DNA of 64,000 nt from Geosiphon pyriformis uo1 (Eukaryota; Fungi; Glomeromycota), in contig JAAOMT010000519.1 of the NCBI GenBank assembly GCA_016748015.1, positions 1-64,000 on the forward strand. Direction: 5' to 3'. The translations under genes were made by a program, and so were the position numbers. The first letter of the stretch is position 1. Each line of letters opens with the position of its first letter. Of this stretch, positions 1 through 14,089 are shown one piece after another. The notes under the pieces are model-generated. The model saw only the letters and a list, made by a program, of their open reading frames with translations, ran no database searches and was not told the DNA's origin.

Positions 1-800
1 CTGTGGTCTTCTCTGAGGCTATCCTTGCAATTGTCTGATGTGTTTCTCTAATCTATAAACACAGAATGTTAATGGTCTTTAGCGCTTTTCTAATTCTCAC
101 AATAAAGCTTTTATCAATTAGTAACAACATGAATAATCTTGATCAAGGATTATTCTTCCAAGGGATTCAGTTGATGAATGATAGTTTCATTCAATAAATA
201 ATACAAGTAAGTTTCTTAATACTTTGGGTTGTAATAGTTCAGTTTTAAATATTCTTTTTCATTTCTTTTTAAAGGTTTCTTGGGATATTTAATTTGAAAG
301 TATGATTTAAAGTGGAGTTTGTTGGATAAAATTGGATCTATTGCTTGATAAGTTATGATTTTTATTACTTGATTGATTTTTTCCCAATATTAAAACTACT
401 GTATATATACATGTTTGTAGTTCTACGAGAAAATACTTTTTTTTTGATATTTCAACCTGGTGCTTGCTGCTATCACCAGTTGGTGTTGGCTGCTATTGTG
501 AACTGGTGCTTGCCACTATCGCGAAATGGTGTTTGCTACTATGTTAATCATTACCTTTCTAAGATTATTACTGTGCTATATTATGATTGAATAGTTTGTA
601 TTATTTTTATGATTCTTTTTGCTAAATTTTTAAACCATAACACCAGTTTAATTTAATAGTTATATTTTTCTGATAAGCTATTCTTAAGTTTTTTACTTTT
701 GTTTTACAAGTTTTTTACCAAATTATCCTTGATGTCAATTACTTAATACTTAATTTTTTTAGTTTTAGTAAACAACAAAAAAAATAAAAACAATAAAAAA
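1..800 (-). mobile_element. Degenerate repeat, probable LTR-retrotransposon 5'/gag remnant
   Basis: Broken minus-strand frames with no cellular gene motif. 660-800 has an inverted homolog at ~6535-6690 (shared ttttgttgtttactaa, ttggtaaaaaact, taaaacaaaagta, gaatagctta), so it is repetitive. The element class is inferred. Confidence 0.35.
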
Positions 801-899
801 CAATAAAAAAAAATAAAAATTTAATATTTTGTTAATAACTGTAATTAAGAATTATTGGTTTAATGTGATTAAGTATTAAATTCTATTAACATAAATTGT

Positions 900-3800
900 T
901 AATAGTATAGAAGTGATTAATATTTCTTAATCAAATAATAACAACATAAATTGGATAGTAATAGATATTTTTATTAATATAAATATAATTCTATTTCAAG
1001 TTATAGAAAACTATCTTTTGAAAAAAAAAATATTGGATAATTATTTGTTTTTAGCTACTGTTTTGTTTTTTTTGCTTTTAATATTCTTACTATATATATA
1101 TAATTTGTATTATATAAAATCTTACACATTTTTACTTTTTTTCTATGTTATTTTTTAAAAATGTGCTTATTTCTAAAAATGTGTCATAATTTTTTGAAAA
1201 TGTGTTTATTTATTAAATATTATTCTTTTATTAGTTTATTTTGTAATTTGTTTTTTCTATTTTTTTTGGTACTCTTTTTTTATAAATAATATTGGTTTGT
1301 ATTTGTTTAAATAATTTCAAACCATATAAAAAAAGATAATATAATGTCTTACTAAAAAAGTTATATGACAAATTGGCTTTAAACTTAAAATTTCTTTTAA
1401 CTATAATGTTTTATTTATAATACATACTTATAATACAAAACTGAATTAAGATCTATAACTAACTATAAATTACAAAATAAATAATATTAAATAAGAAAAC
1501 TGCTTATTCATAATAGCTTTTCTAAACACTATATTAACAAAAAAAAATATTAAAATAAACTTTAGTCAAATTTTACTTAAACAAACTTTTAGTTAACAAA
1601 AAAATTCCAAATATCTATGTAATTTATTTTTTTTAGCAATTAAAATTAGCTTGTTACTGATTTTCAATAATGTTATTTTAATATTTTAGTTAATTAAAAT
1701 AGTTATTGTTTTTTTATTATTAATTAAGATATTATTAAACAAAAAAAATTCAATAGTAATATTTAGTATGTACTATATAAAAGCTTAACTATTTCTAATT
1801 TAGATAGTATTATTAATAAAAACACTAATTGCAAAAAAAGAAGTCTTCTTTTTTTTGGCCTCTATTCTGTCTGTTTTAACTACAAACTTGATGTAATCTA
1901 ATATCTACATAAATGTTTATGTTTCTTAACTTTACACCAAAAAAATCATAAAAATTTTTTTAAAGAAAAAAAAAACCCATTTCATTTTGATTCAGTTTAT
2001 TATACATCTAATATCTGTCTGTAAAACCAAAATTAATCATAATCTTATTTATTTTGTCTTCATAAATGCTATCAAAAAAATTAATAAATTTTTTACATAT
2101 CTTAATACATTATAAACTGGCTTTTAAATAAAATTAACCAACAAAGTTATAAGTTTTATGCATGTTTTACAACATTAATCAGATTTTGCTGTTCTTTTTC
2201 AAATTATTTTCAATCATTAAGCCAATAGCAAAAACAAAAAACTATTAAAGTATTCTTTAAAACAGAAAAATTGTCTTTATAAAAAACATTAAATTTATTG
2301 TATACAAATAAAATTCAATTCGAAAAAATTTTAAAAAAATTTTTCTTAGTTATTTTAATTAAAGCAATTAGTTTAGTGTTTATAAAAATTCCATCTCAAT
2401 CATAAGATTTAAATATTATTAAAACTCATGCTTTTTTTTACAAAGTTGATATTATACTTAGAAATAGACAAAAGTTCAAAAAAACCAAAAAACTCTTAAT
2501 AACACTCTCATTGTAATGCTTTTATAACTTATTTAAAATATTATTCAAATTAACAGTTTTTCTATTTGGCAAATTTTTTATTATTCCAAACCAATTCTTT
2601 AAAACTAATAATACTTACAATATTTAAAAAATACTATTATTAATATAACTTTAAAAAATATACTGATTAATTTAAAGCTTTAATAGTGTTTTAAAGACTA
2701 TGTACTTTCTAGTCTAATTTTTTATAATAGCATCAATATTGAATTTAATGAAATTAAATTCTAAAACTAGTTTCTTATCAATCATTAAATAATTTAATAT
2801 TATTTTATAAAAAAGTTTTTTTAATATACTTTTAATTATATAGTTTTTATCTAAACAAAAAATTTTCATTTTTTTTTAATTGCATATTTAATAACAATTG
2901 TTTCAACAGCTTTGAATTCATATATTTTGGACTTGTAATAACTTTTTTGATCATAAACAAATAGCTAAAAATATTTATTGTTTTAGTATTACTTTGAATT
3001 ATGATTTGCACTTTAGAAGTTTTTTCCACATTAAAAACCAACTAAGCATAAAAAAAAAAGTTTTTTAAACACATTATCAGACCTAAAAAATTTCACTAAT
3101 TTGGTAATTAGTAACTCTAATTTGTAAAATTTTAATAATTGTTTATTGAAAGAACATTTAGCTTTACTATACTAATATTTAGAAAATGTTTTATCAACTA
3201 ATACAACTATAATATTTCATAAAAACTCTAATATTGTATTCAAATCTCTTTTTTTACTTGTCTCATTAAACTTATTTATAACCAAAAAAAGCTTTGTTGA
3301 AAAAAAGTTATAAAAATTATCTTACTTAATAATATTAGTATCTTTAATCTTGAATTTTTAATAATTTTTATTTACTTGTTTGTAAATACTATTTAAATAA
3401 GCATCCAAAAAACTTTTTAATTCAATTAAAACTATAATTGCCTTGTAATTAGTATTAAAAAAGTCAAATACAGAGCCAATTTTATGACTTATAATTGCTA
3501 AAATTAAATTATTACTAATAAAAATATAATCAATAATTCTTTTAGCTCTTTTAAAGTTGTTTTAAATAAGAATTTTAGTTAAAAAATATTTATAAAGCAA
3601 ATTAACTAGACCCAAATTTGAACATTTTTTGAAAATTGTACTTTTTTTAGAATTATTCTTATTGAAATCACTATTTAAAACCATAAAAAAACTAAAATTA
3701 ACTGCTTTAAAAATAACAAAATTGACATTAAAAGCTTGATCAAATCATGTACCAATAAATATATTAGTATACAGACCCAAAATCATGGCTAATAGTTTAT

Positions 3801-6200
3801 TTTTAAATAAAAACTACATAAAAATGACCCAATTAACAATCTTTTTAACTTTTGAGATATGCTAAGCCAGAAAATTGTTTATAATAATTGTTACTTTAGC
3901 ATTAAAAAATTTTTGTCTAGATCAAATGTAAAAATTCTTACATTATTAAATTTATACATAATCTATAATCTAATATTAGATCTTAATTTTGTTTTTGTAA
4001 TAATTAAAACCATATTTTCCATATTTATATGTTAATAAACAATGTCTTTTTGTTTAATAAAGACATTAATATTTTGAATATTACATATATCAAACTTTCA
4101 AACTAAGTTACTTATTGAGAAAAAAAATATATTAAAAAAATCTAAACCAGCAGACAATTGATCTAATCTTTTCAAAACTAAACTTATAAAAACCTTAAAA
4201 GCAACTATTTTCGATTTTAAATTACTTATTTTAATTATTAAAACTTTTAAGCTACTTAAAACCAAATTTAATGTCTTATTTTTTGTAATTAAAAAAGAAA
4301 AAAAAAGTAACATTAACAGATCATCCAAAATTATGTTCAAATCTAGTCTTAAATTTAATATCACAAAAACAGTCAAAGAAAAAAATTAAGAGATAGATGT
4401 CAGAAATAACAAATTTATATTGTTTAGTTTTTATATAATATTAGATATTTGATTAACCAAAAACTCTAAAGAACATTCCAATAAAATTATATAAATATTA
4501 ATAGACAAATTATTTTAAACAACAGAAAAATTTTTATTAATATATAAAATATTAAAAAAAAGTGATCCAAAACCAGAACTAAAGCTAATACCATTAAAAA
4601 AAACAACAAATAAAACCACTTGTGTCTATAATTTGCCATTAAAAACAACAGAACATAAAATAAATACACTTTTTTTTGTATATAATTTGGCCAATTAAAG
4701 ATAATTCTTATTTAATGAAATTTTTTTATAAGTTTTCAAAAAAAGTAAGATAAATGTATTTGATATATCATACTTTAAAGCTAAATGTTCAAAACACTCA
4801 CATTTTTCATATTAAATTAAACTCAATCTAATCCAAAAAATTTAATGTCATCTAAAATTGGCTTTATATAAAAAGTTAACTTTAATTTCTTTTTTAATTT
4901 AAAGCCAATTATTATACAACAAACTTTATTGCCAGTTTTAAATAATTAATTAATAATATAAGTTTTCTTACCAGCTTTTTTTAGCAAAGTACTAAGATTA
5001 TAAGCAGTTATTTCTATAAAAAAGTAAATAAAAGTGCTTTAAACTGATTTTTAAACATTTATGTATTATGATCTTTTACAACTATAGCCATTTTTATTGA
5101 ATTTTTTCGATTAAAAATAACTATTTGGCCGCTAATTAATTTGTTTAATTCAATTTGGTAAATTTTACCACAGTTTTTTGTTACAGTTCAATTAATTGTA
5201 ATTAGAATAACACAATTTAACCAAATACAGATATTATAACAACAATTATTTTTTTTAGTATGTGATATTGAAATTTCTTTGATTATTATAGCCCAATTAA
5301 TCTAATTTCTAGTTTTTTAATATTATTATTTATATTAATTTCTTTTTTTTAACCAATAATATAGTTTTATTCATGTTTTTTTTTAATGTAAATATTGATT
5401 TAATAATTTCTTTAAATTTTGATAAAGTAATAGTTTTCTTAAAACCATTAATTAATAGAAAAATTTTTCTGATTATTTAAGTTTTTGTCTTAGTTGATAT
5501 GTCTTTTACCAGTGAAAGATTAATGTTTAAAGCAAAAAAATTTTTAATAAATATCTTAACCAAAGTTTTGACAATCTTTAAGTCAATTTACTTTTTGTAC
5601 AAAAAGATATTGAGAAAAAAAAGGAGTTTTTTATTCTTATCTATATTATAATTAATTGTACTTATAAAAAAATCATATTCTTAACTAATATTTACTCTTT
5701 TAATTTTAGAAGTAGTTGCTATTAAGCCAAAAAAAAAAAGTTATTACTAATACTTAATAAAATACTATTATTTTTACTATTATCAGATTCATTGTTTATA
5801 TTAAAATATATATAACTACTAATACTAAATTTGATCAAAAAAATATTTTTATTATTATTAAAGTACTTAATATTACCAACAAAAATCTTTTTTTTTGGGA
5901 AAAAAAACTTTTAATAAGATCATAAAAAGCTTTTTTAGACACTTTTTTTTAGATATATTGTTATTGTTACTCATAAAAATTAGGAATTATAATAGGTAGA
6001 TAGAATGGCTAATTAGAAATAAGTATAATAATAGAAATTTCAAGATTTTTCTCAAGAAATTGCAGGATTTTAGAATTCCAAAATCTTAAGATTTTTTTCA
6101 AAAAATTGCAAGATTTCAGAATTCCAAAATTTTAAAATTCCTCTTAAAGAATTGCAAGATTCTAGAATTCCAGAATTTTTGGCTAAAGAAATTAAAAAAA
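900..6200 (-). mobile_element. Near full-length, heavily mutated non-LTR (LINE) retrotransposon: ORF1 plus APE endonuclease-RT ORF2
   Basis: Minus-strand translation gives decayed RT motifs in order: KKA*VLIIFKSYD*DGIFINTKLIALIK (~2350-2435; cf. NTRPIALIE), L*NMHKTYNFVG (~2140-2175; cf. LQDMRKAYDSVG), YNKLNQNE..FYD (~1945-2005; cf. GLDQGE..SPLL), VFINNTI* (~1800-1825; cf. FVDD), HRYLEFF (~1600). APE N-terminus LV*KFDICNIQNIN..IITKTKL at ~3990-4110. Decayed ORF1 zinc knuckle YEKCECFEHLALKY at ~4770-4810. Ends approximate. Confidence 0.85.
6036..6178. repeat. 46-bp tandem repeat, ~3 copies (probable LINE 5' UTR)
   Basis: ttgca(g/a)gatt..agaattcc recurs at 6060, 6106 and 6152 (period 46). Confidence 0.8.
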
Positions 6201-7249
6201 TTCAAGAAATCTTGTATAACAGTAATTATATATATATAGTAAGAGTATTAGAAGCAGAAAAAACAGAATCTAATTTAAAATTAATATCTATAATTAATTA
6301 ATTATCCAAAATTTCTTTCTTTAAAAAGTAGTTTCTACAACTTGAAATAAAATCTAATCATATATCAATAAAATATTGATTATTACCCAAATCCATATTA
6401 TTATCATTTAATTAAGAAATATTAAAATTATTTCTATTTTATTAACATTTTATGTTGATAGAATCTAATACTTAATTATACTAAACCAATAGCTTTTGAT
6501 TATGACTATTGACAGAATACTAATTTTTTTATTATTTTTTTTTATTATTTTTTTGTTGTTTACTAATTGATTAAAAAATTAATGTGCAGAGTTACTAATA
6601 TCAGGAAAGATTGGTAAAAAACTCATAAAACAAAAGTAGGAACTCGAAAATTGAGAATAGCTTACCAAAAAAAACTGGCCATCAAGCTAAGAAAGAAATT
6701 AATGAAATAAATTATTCTAAGAGACAACTGAAACAACTATTGAATTTCTGTTCATTATACAAAGCACTTAACAAAAAAACCTTCAAATTACAAATATTTT
6801 TAAAAACTAACACTGATTTGTATTAATTGAACACCAAGTTATTGGTTTATTATTTACTCTAACCACCCAAATAATCATCTGTAATACTACCTAAACCAGT
6901 TACCAAGTTTACTATAAAGAGATTATTTGCTTAAAAATATTACAAGAAAATAACAAGAAAAAATAAAAGCTTTTATTTTTAAAAATATGCTTTTTAGAAA
7001 ATTTGAAACATAGAAGAAAAAAAAGTTTTTATTTTATTTTTTTATAATTTGAACTTTTAAATACTTTGTATATAATTTAAATTCAATGTAAAATAATTCT
7101 ATTAAATTAAATTTTTAATTATTTACAAATATTTTATATACAAATATTAATAATTTCTTAAAATAAAGCAAAATTAACACTAAATTAATTATTTTATTAA
7201 CAAAATAAATTAGCAATAAACAATAAATTTTTAAAATTACAATAATATT

Positions 7250-8150
7250 AAAAAATTAGTTTTTAAGTAAAAAATATTTTTACAATATTACTTAAATAAT
7301 ATTTTATATAAAACAATATTATTTATTATTAAGATTTTAAAAACTTAAACAATCTAATCAAATTAGTTTTAAAACATAAAAAATTATTTTATATAATATG
7401 TACTTTAAAAAAAATAATATAATTTAAAAAATAGTAAAACAACATTTTTAGTTTTATATACAAAAAAATGTTTAATAATATGTTAAAATTTATAATTATT
7501 GTTAAAAAAAACTTAATCTATTAGATTTTTAAAGTTAAACAATTTTTTAATAAAGTCAATATTAATTTAATCAAATTATAATTTATTATAATAGCTGTAA
7601 ATTATTTTATCAAATTGCTTAAGCAAAAGCCATATAAAAAATAACACAAAATTAATAACAATTTTATTTGTAAATATAAATGCTAATTAAACTTTTATTT
7701 AATTAGAAAACATATTTTGTAAACAACTTAATAGAAAATTATTTAATATTAAAAGACTTTTATTTTTATTTTAAATAAATAAATAAAAAGTTTTAACTAA
7801 TTACAAAAAAAGCTTTTAAAAAACTTTTTAATAAAATATCTATACTTTTTTTAACAAATTTAAAATTGAAAATAAAGTTTTTTTATATAAAACTAAGATT
7901 AAAAATCGTAAAATAAGAATTTAATAACAAATAAATTAGGCTATTCTATATATATCAAGTTTTAATTAATAAATTATATAATTTAAAACTTTATAATAAA
8001 GTTTAAAAAAAATTGTATATAATAATAAATTGAAATATTATTATTTAAAAATTATTTTCAAATTTTTAATATTATAAATAAATATACAATTTTTTTTAAA
8101 ACTTAAAATTAATAATTATTATTAAATGATTCTAAAATCTAAAAACTTAA
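7250..8150 (+). mobile_element. Degenerate Ty3/gypsy integrase remnant
   Basis: KVKQFFNKVNINLIKL..FIIIAVNYFIK (cf. PFDRVGIDL..IVAVDYFTK) at ~7530-7615 and LIKLLFN*KTYFVNNLIE (cf. PxELLSDQGTHF) at ~7683-7737. Confidence 0.65.
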
Positions 8151-8449
8151 TTTTTTTTAATTATATTATATTTTTATTAATTTTTTATTTAAAAAATATT
8201 AAATATTAAACAAAATAATTAATAACCACAAAAAAATATTTTGACAAATTACAAGCTATTTTAACAAATTATTAATTATTTTAAATATTTTAATAAATTT
8301 TTAAATGTTTTATAATTCGAAATATTATATAATTTAATTATTGTATTGAATTATATTTATGTATTATACAAATTATATTATTAATTAAATAATAATATTT
8401 AATAATTTGATAAATTAATATGTAATAAATTTAATAATAATATATGTTA

Positions 8450-9400
8450 ATTGATAATAAAAATTATAAAAATAATTTTGTGCAAATTAATAATTTAAAT
8501 TTCTATTGATAATAACAAAAAAGAGTTTTATTATAAATAATAATAAAAAAAACTTTTTTGTACACTTAGTTATTAATTAGAATTGTGTATTAACATAATT
8601 TGTTATATATTTTTCTTTTTTTTAAAATATTATTCTATGTTTTTTATCAAGCAAAATTGCATTACAACTAAAGCATAGTTTATATTCTATTTATTTTGTT
8701 TTTTAAATTTGCCAAATTGTTTAAGCACATATAATTGACAATAATATTTAGTAATAGTTGGCTATTTTTTATCATTATTACAGTATGAATTTTTAAATAA
8801 CTGTTTTTTTTATATAATTAATGTATTTAAGCTTTAGTTATTAATGTTTTAAATTTTTTAACAATTTATTTTAATAAGTATTTGCTAGTTTTTTTTTGGT
8901 TTAATATAATATATTTAAAAGCACTAATTTGTGTTTTTTTGGCATTTTTTTTTTATAATAGTAAAATAGTAAATTGGTACAATAATTGTCTATTCAAAAA
9001 ACTTGACAAGTTTTCAAGATAGATTTTGTTTCTTTTTTTTCAAATTTTATTGATGGTTTTTTAATTAATATTAATTAAAAAAAAAGGTATTAATTTTGCC
9101 AATAAAAGTTTTTATAATTCTATTAGCAATAATAATACATATATTAGCAGCTTAATTAACTTGGCAATCTAATTGGTTTATAAACTGTTTTGTAATAATA
9201 CTGTTTGTTAAACTGCTAAGTTTAATAGTATGATTATCAAAAAACTTAAAATAAATTATAGTATATTGTTATAAATTAGTAAATTTTAATCTAAAATTAA
9301 AACTTTATAAAAAATTATAAAAAGTTATACTAGCAATAACATAAACAAATTCAAAAACCACCAAAAATTTTGTAATTTTAAAAGTAATAAAATAAATATA
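8450..9400 (-). mobile_element. Degenerate LTR-retrotransposon aspartic protease region
   Basis: Minus strand ~9085-9240 reads DNHTIKL-SSLTNSIITKQFINQLDCQVN*AANICIIIANRIIKTFIGKI, a decayed retropepsin (IKLILDSGS..SIIT..ADG..TPIG). Confidence 0.6.
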
Positions 9401-11828
9401 ATATTGTCACACTCCACAATTTTTTTTATACAAATCCGATCATGTTGTATATTAAATTTTTTTAAATAATTTATTGAAAATTGATTATTTTTTTCAATAT
9501 CAAAGTATAATAAACATTATTGTGATTAAAGATATATTTGTTCACAGATGCATTTTATTAATTATAGAAATATATATTAAATATTTGTCTAAAAATTTTA
9601 CTGTCAAGTTTCTAAATTTAATTTTTTATTTAAATTTATTAACTATCTAATAAATTAATATTTTTAAATAAATATGTGTAAAATTACTATTAAAATATTG
9701 TTATGTTCTATTCCTTTATTTATTTATTCGAAAATTTTATCATAATTAAAAAAAATTTGGCACCTGTTTGTAATTGATATCATCTTCACAATTATTTGCA
9801 ACTGTAATCAGTTATAACTAATTTATAATGCGAATAATTAAAACACTGTTTTAAAAATATAATTAAATAAACTATGTATTATGTTATGTTTTAACTTTAC
9901 TAATATATTTATAAAAAATAATAAAAATAATTAAACTTGAAAATTTAAATTTATTTTATATAGTTACCAAAAAAAGTTGTAAAATATAATTGTTGGCCAA
10001 TCAAGTGTAGAAAAAAGCATGAGCTGCACTTAATATGAAACATTTACATGTGGATATTAAATTTATTGGTAAAATCTTTATTATTAATTTGTTTTATTGT
10101 ATTTTTTAAGGTTTTAAAAAACAATTCGAATTGATAAAAAGTATTAATTGTTTTAGCATAATAGTAAAGGAAAAGTTCAAAGATAGAGCACAAAAACTTA
10201 TGAATTTATCTTAAAAGAATAGTTTATAATTTTAAAAAAAAAGCATTTATTTATTTGATTTTATTTGTTGGCTTGATATTTTATAATATTATTAAGAAGC
10301 TCAAGTAAAAATTTACAATTAAAAAGAAAGATATTTAAAGTTAAAAATTTGACCAGTTTCTTATAACGAATATCTCTCTTTTATTTCACTTGGTATTAAT
10401 TAACTAATTGAAAAGTATTTTAATGTTAAATTATATTAAATTGTTTTATTGTTTGAAAAGGTTGTAAATAATTGGATATTTTTATGATAATCAGTATATA
10501 ATCGAAATAAATACATTTTAAAAAAATAAACAAAAAGTTGTAAAAATCAAAATAGCTGCTGCTTAATTGATTTTTATATTTTTGGAAATTCGGTTTTTAA
10601 TTATGTTAAATAAAAAAGTGTTATAAAGCTAAACCAAATATTGAAGTCTAGTATCACCCAAGTTTAATTTTTTAAAAAAACTAAATTTTGCATCTCAGAA
10701 CTTATAATAATTCAATTTAAAAATAGTTGATTTTGCAATTTAGTAATTTTTAATTTATAACAACATAGTGAAATATTAAATGTGTTCCAGCGAGATATTT
10801 AAGACCAACTGAAAATAGAAATATTACAAAGATTGCAGCAAAAATGAATAATAAAATGTCTAAAAAAAGAGGTGTGTGTTTTTTTCAACATCAACGAAAT
10901 AGATAACTGTATTTACTAGTTCCTAAACCGTTTTAGATTTTCAAAAAAAGCTTGCTTAACATAAATCTCCATTGACTTATTAAAGAATGGGATTGATTGT
11001 TTATATCGGAAAATGCTTATCCCATTGGTTAAATTTGAAGTCTATTTGTATATGCTATAATTACTCATAATTGTTTTCCAGCATAGGAATCTCATTTGCT
11101 ATTTTGTATAATTAGATGTAAGAACAAATGAATTTATTTATGATATTTTTTTTAGGAAAAGACTTTTTTTGGCTTTACACAGCATTTGAATACTTTAGTT
11201 TCGTGGCTAAAGTAAATTATTGACAGTTATTCATTTAATTCCAAACAACAAATCAAATTCTCATGTTTATTCGATTGAAATCCTGTACAGCAGGACCTAA
11301 TCATATTCTCAAACGCTCGGTTTAAAAATTGAATTTCTGATTAACGAAAAAAATATTATGCTTAACATCTAATTATGAAATTAATTTGCAAGAAACTAAA
11401 TTTCTGGAAATACGAGATGCTAGGTACCTTCTTAGATCTTATTAAGATAGGATTTATCGGAAAAGATAATTTAATTATGCATCGATCTTTTCTCATCCGC
11501 CTGTAGGAAATTGATATTAATTTCAGTGTGAAATGCAATTGTTCAATAAATATTTTCTGAAATGAAAGAACATATTACATTTAATAAGAAAAATTAAACC
11601 ATCTGAAAACATTATCCGCGAAACAATATTTTTGAAACCTAGTCTTCAAATCAAGTATTTCTTTCATAAATATGGAAATATACATTTAAAAACTTAAATA
11701 ATCCAATACCGAATTCTTTTGAAAGAAAGAAACAATGTAAAAATCCAATTCAATTTTTTAAAGAAACAAAAGTTATTTGCTTCTTCATTATTCCAAATAT
11801 CCTCAAAAGTGTTGGCTCTAATTCGGGT

Positions 11829-13251
11829 TCACCACCATCGTTGCCACATTGATTTGCAGTCTCCCATGGTTGTCCCAAAATATGACCCATAATGTGCCTG
11901 AATAGCATCTTCTTCCGGCCCTCCTTGCTTCGAGTTGCAATCCTTGTTGAAAAGAAAGGGTTCAGAAATTGAGAGAATTAAAAATTGCTTTAAAATCTCT
12001 TGTCACATTGGGACTTACAGGGTGCTCCCTAACATCATCCCGTTCCAATTCATATCCAGGGCATTTGTAAACAACATATTCTATGGTAGTATTGGTTTCC
12101 AGACAATTACAATCATGAGCAATCCAATATTCTGTATTGTGATGATAATATTTTTCCCCTTTATCATCCACCAAAGGGAATTGAGGAACTGGATCATTGG
12201 TATGGGTGATTCGATACATTGGGTAGACATCATTAACGAAACTCGAGAACCCTCCATTACCGATTCTTGGTTGCCCAAAAGTAAAAATAAATATATTTAT
12301 ATGGAGCTTAGTTCCAATTATTACTTCTTTTGCGAATTCCAAAGCTGTCAAAACTGCATATGCTAAAATTTTGCAAGAGTTTTCAAAAAATTCTATGAAA
12401 TTCCGAAAATTCTCCTCATTGAAGATAATAACTCCTCTCTCTCACCTCCACCTATTCCATGTCCTGTAAAAGATAAAGGAATTTCATTTTCATCCAAATT
12501 TCCTTTACGTATCAGACTATAAATTTTTTGTAATAGTCTGTTTTTGAATATTAATGTATTCTTATACCAAACTTGATCCACCTTCATCGGAGAGTTTGTA
12601 GCGAATTCGGGATGATAATCTACCATCGTGTTTTTTCTTTGTTTCCATGCTTCGATACTAAGCTCTGGGCTTTTGAAAAAAACCATAATTTCTTCATTTA
12701 CTAGAAAAGCATCAGCTAAACAAAGAATCGAAAATATTGTGAATTTTAAAATGAAAAGGTAATTTTGATAGACCTTATATTATATGCATACCTTCGACTT
12801 GACTACCAGGCACGACTTTCCCTATTTCATTCTTCTCTAAACAATAACCTAAATTTGCGATTCTTGCGTAAATTCCCATCCAATCAAGTAGTTCTGTACT
12901 TTCTAAAAGGGCTTTTGGTGGTATTCGTTTCAAACCGTCCTCACCGAATGATCGAGGATTAAGAGCTCGAAGAATTGTTCTATTCAGATGTTTTTTAAAA
13001 ATTGACTTCTGTCCCAATTTCGCCAAATTTGAAAAAGTTGATGTCAAAAAAAAACTTTTTTTTTGAAGATATAGTTAATTACTTACTTGTAGTTTTCGAG
13101 TATTATGATATATATGTCAGGTTTTGAGATTCTGTTGACGTCTTAAATTTAATTCAAATAAACCTTGCCTTCCTGATATTTGTGCGCCCAATTTTATGCA
13201 AGGATAAAAGAGCAAAAAGAAAAATGCGAACAGATTAAGAGCTTTAGCCAT
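11829..13251 (-). CDS. Class 3 lipase-like protein, multi-exon, nucleophile Ser replaced by Gly; 5' end uncertain
   Basis: Exons give YARIANLGYCL, FTGHGIGG|AYA, IFTFGQPRIGN, YRITHTNDPVP, HHNTEYWI, AHYGSYFG, stop at 11829-11831. A signal-like MAKALNLFAFFFLLF starts at 13251 but hits a stop near 13118, so an unrecognised intron or frameshift is needed. Confidence 0.8.
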
Positions 13252-14089
13252 CGATTTGTATCTCTTGATTTTTAACCATATTTAAACGAAGATCGAGTTC
13301 AATATTTAGATAATAAATTAAATGTATGAGAATCTTTGGTATATACAGATCAATTAAATTAAATCATATTTTGGTCTGAAAGTGTGACTTTTTCTTTGAT
13401 ATTTAAATCCTTTGTGGTTCTGTGATGACTAAGAAAACGTGAAAAATTTACTGTGATGTTTTCAGACATATTTTAAATACTTTTATTATATATTCTTGAA
13501 TTTGGCAATCGTTAACTCAAGCATTTTAGAATATATTGAATTATTTAGGCCTTGAAATTCTTGTAGCGAATTATATCTTATAAATAACTTGTTTAATTGG
13601 TTTATAAAAAGTATTTTTTGATTAAGGTTTTATATTACATGTATTGTATTTATTTGTATTTTGAAATTTTCAATTTCCATGTTATCAAGATTCTAAGCTG
13701 TAGGCCGCTCTAGTAGAGTTTGATAAGGTTCAAATGAAGTTAGCACTTAAATAAAGCATATATGAACATAGAAATTTGCTATTATTAGTCAAAGTTTTAG
13801 TAATTTTGTGAGTTATATTTAACAATAAGGCGGAATGATTTGTCTCAACTTTCAGAATTTTTGAGTCACTTTTCTCATATTGGGTCTCTACCTCATTTGA
13901 GAGGGATTTCAAAATAAAAAGAAAACCTTTTCCAACCTAATCAAGCCTAGAGAATAAAAGATCATTGATTGAAAGCAACCCTAAAGAAAACCACTAAGAA
14001 TTTTAAAGCGTAAAGATTTTACTTCTGACAGTGTATCAAACGTTTAAATCATTGCAATTATTAATTAAATGGAAGGAAGATGAAAGCAG

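Noticed and set aside
345-4669. Short AT-rich ORFs in the track (also 30203, 36152, 38523, 39063)
   Set aside because: Chance frames within mutated transposon relics; I/L/F/K/N-biased with no motifs.
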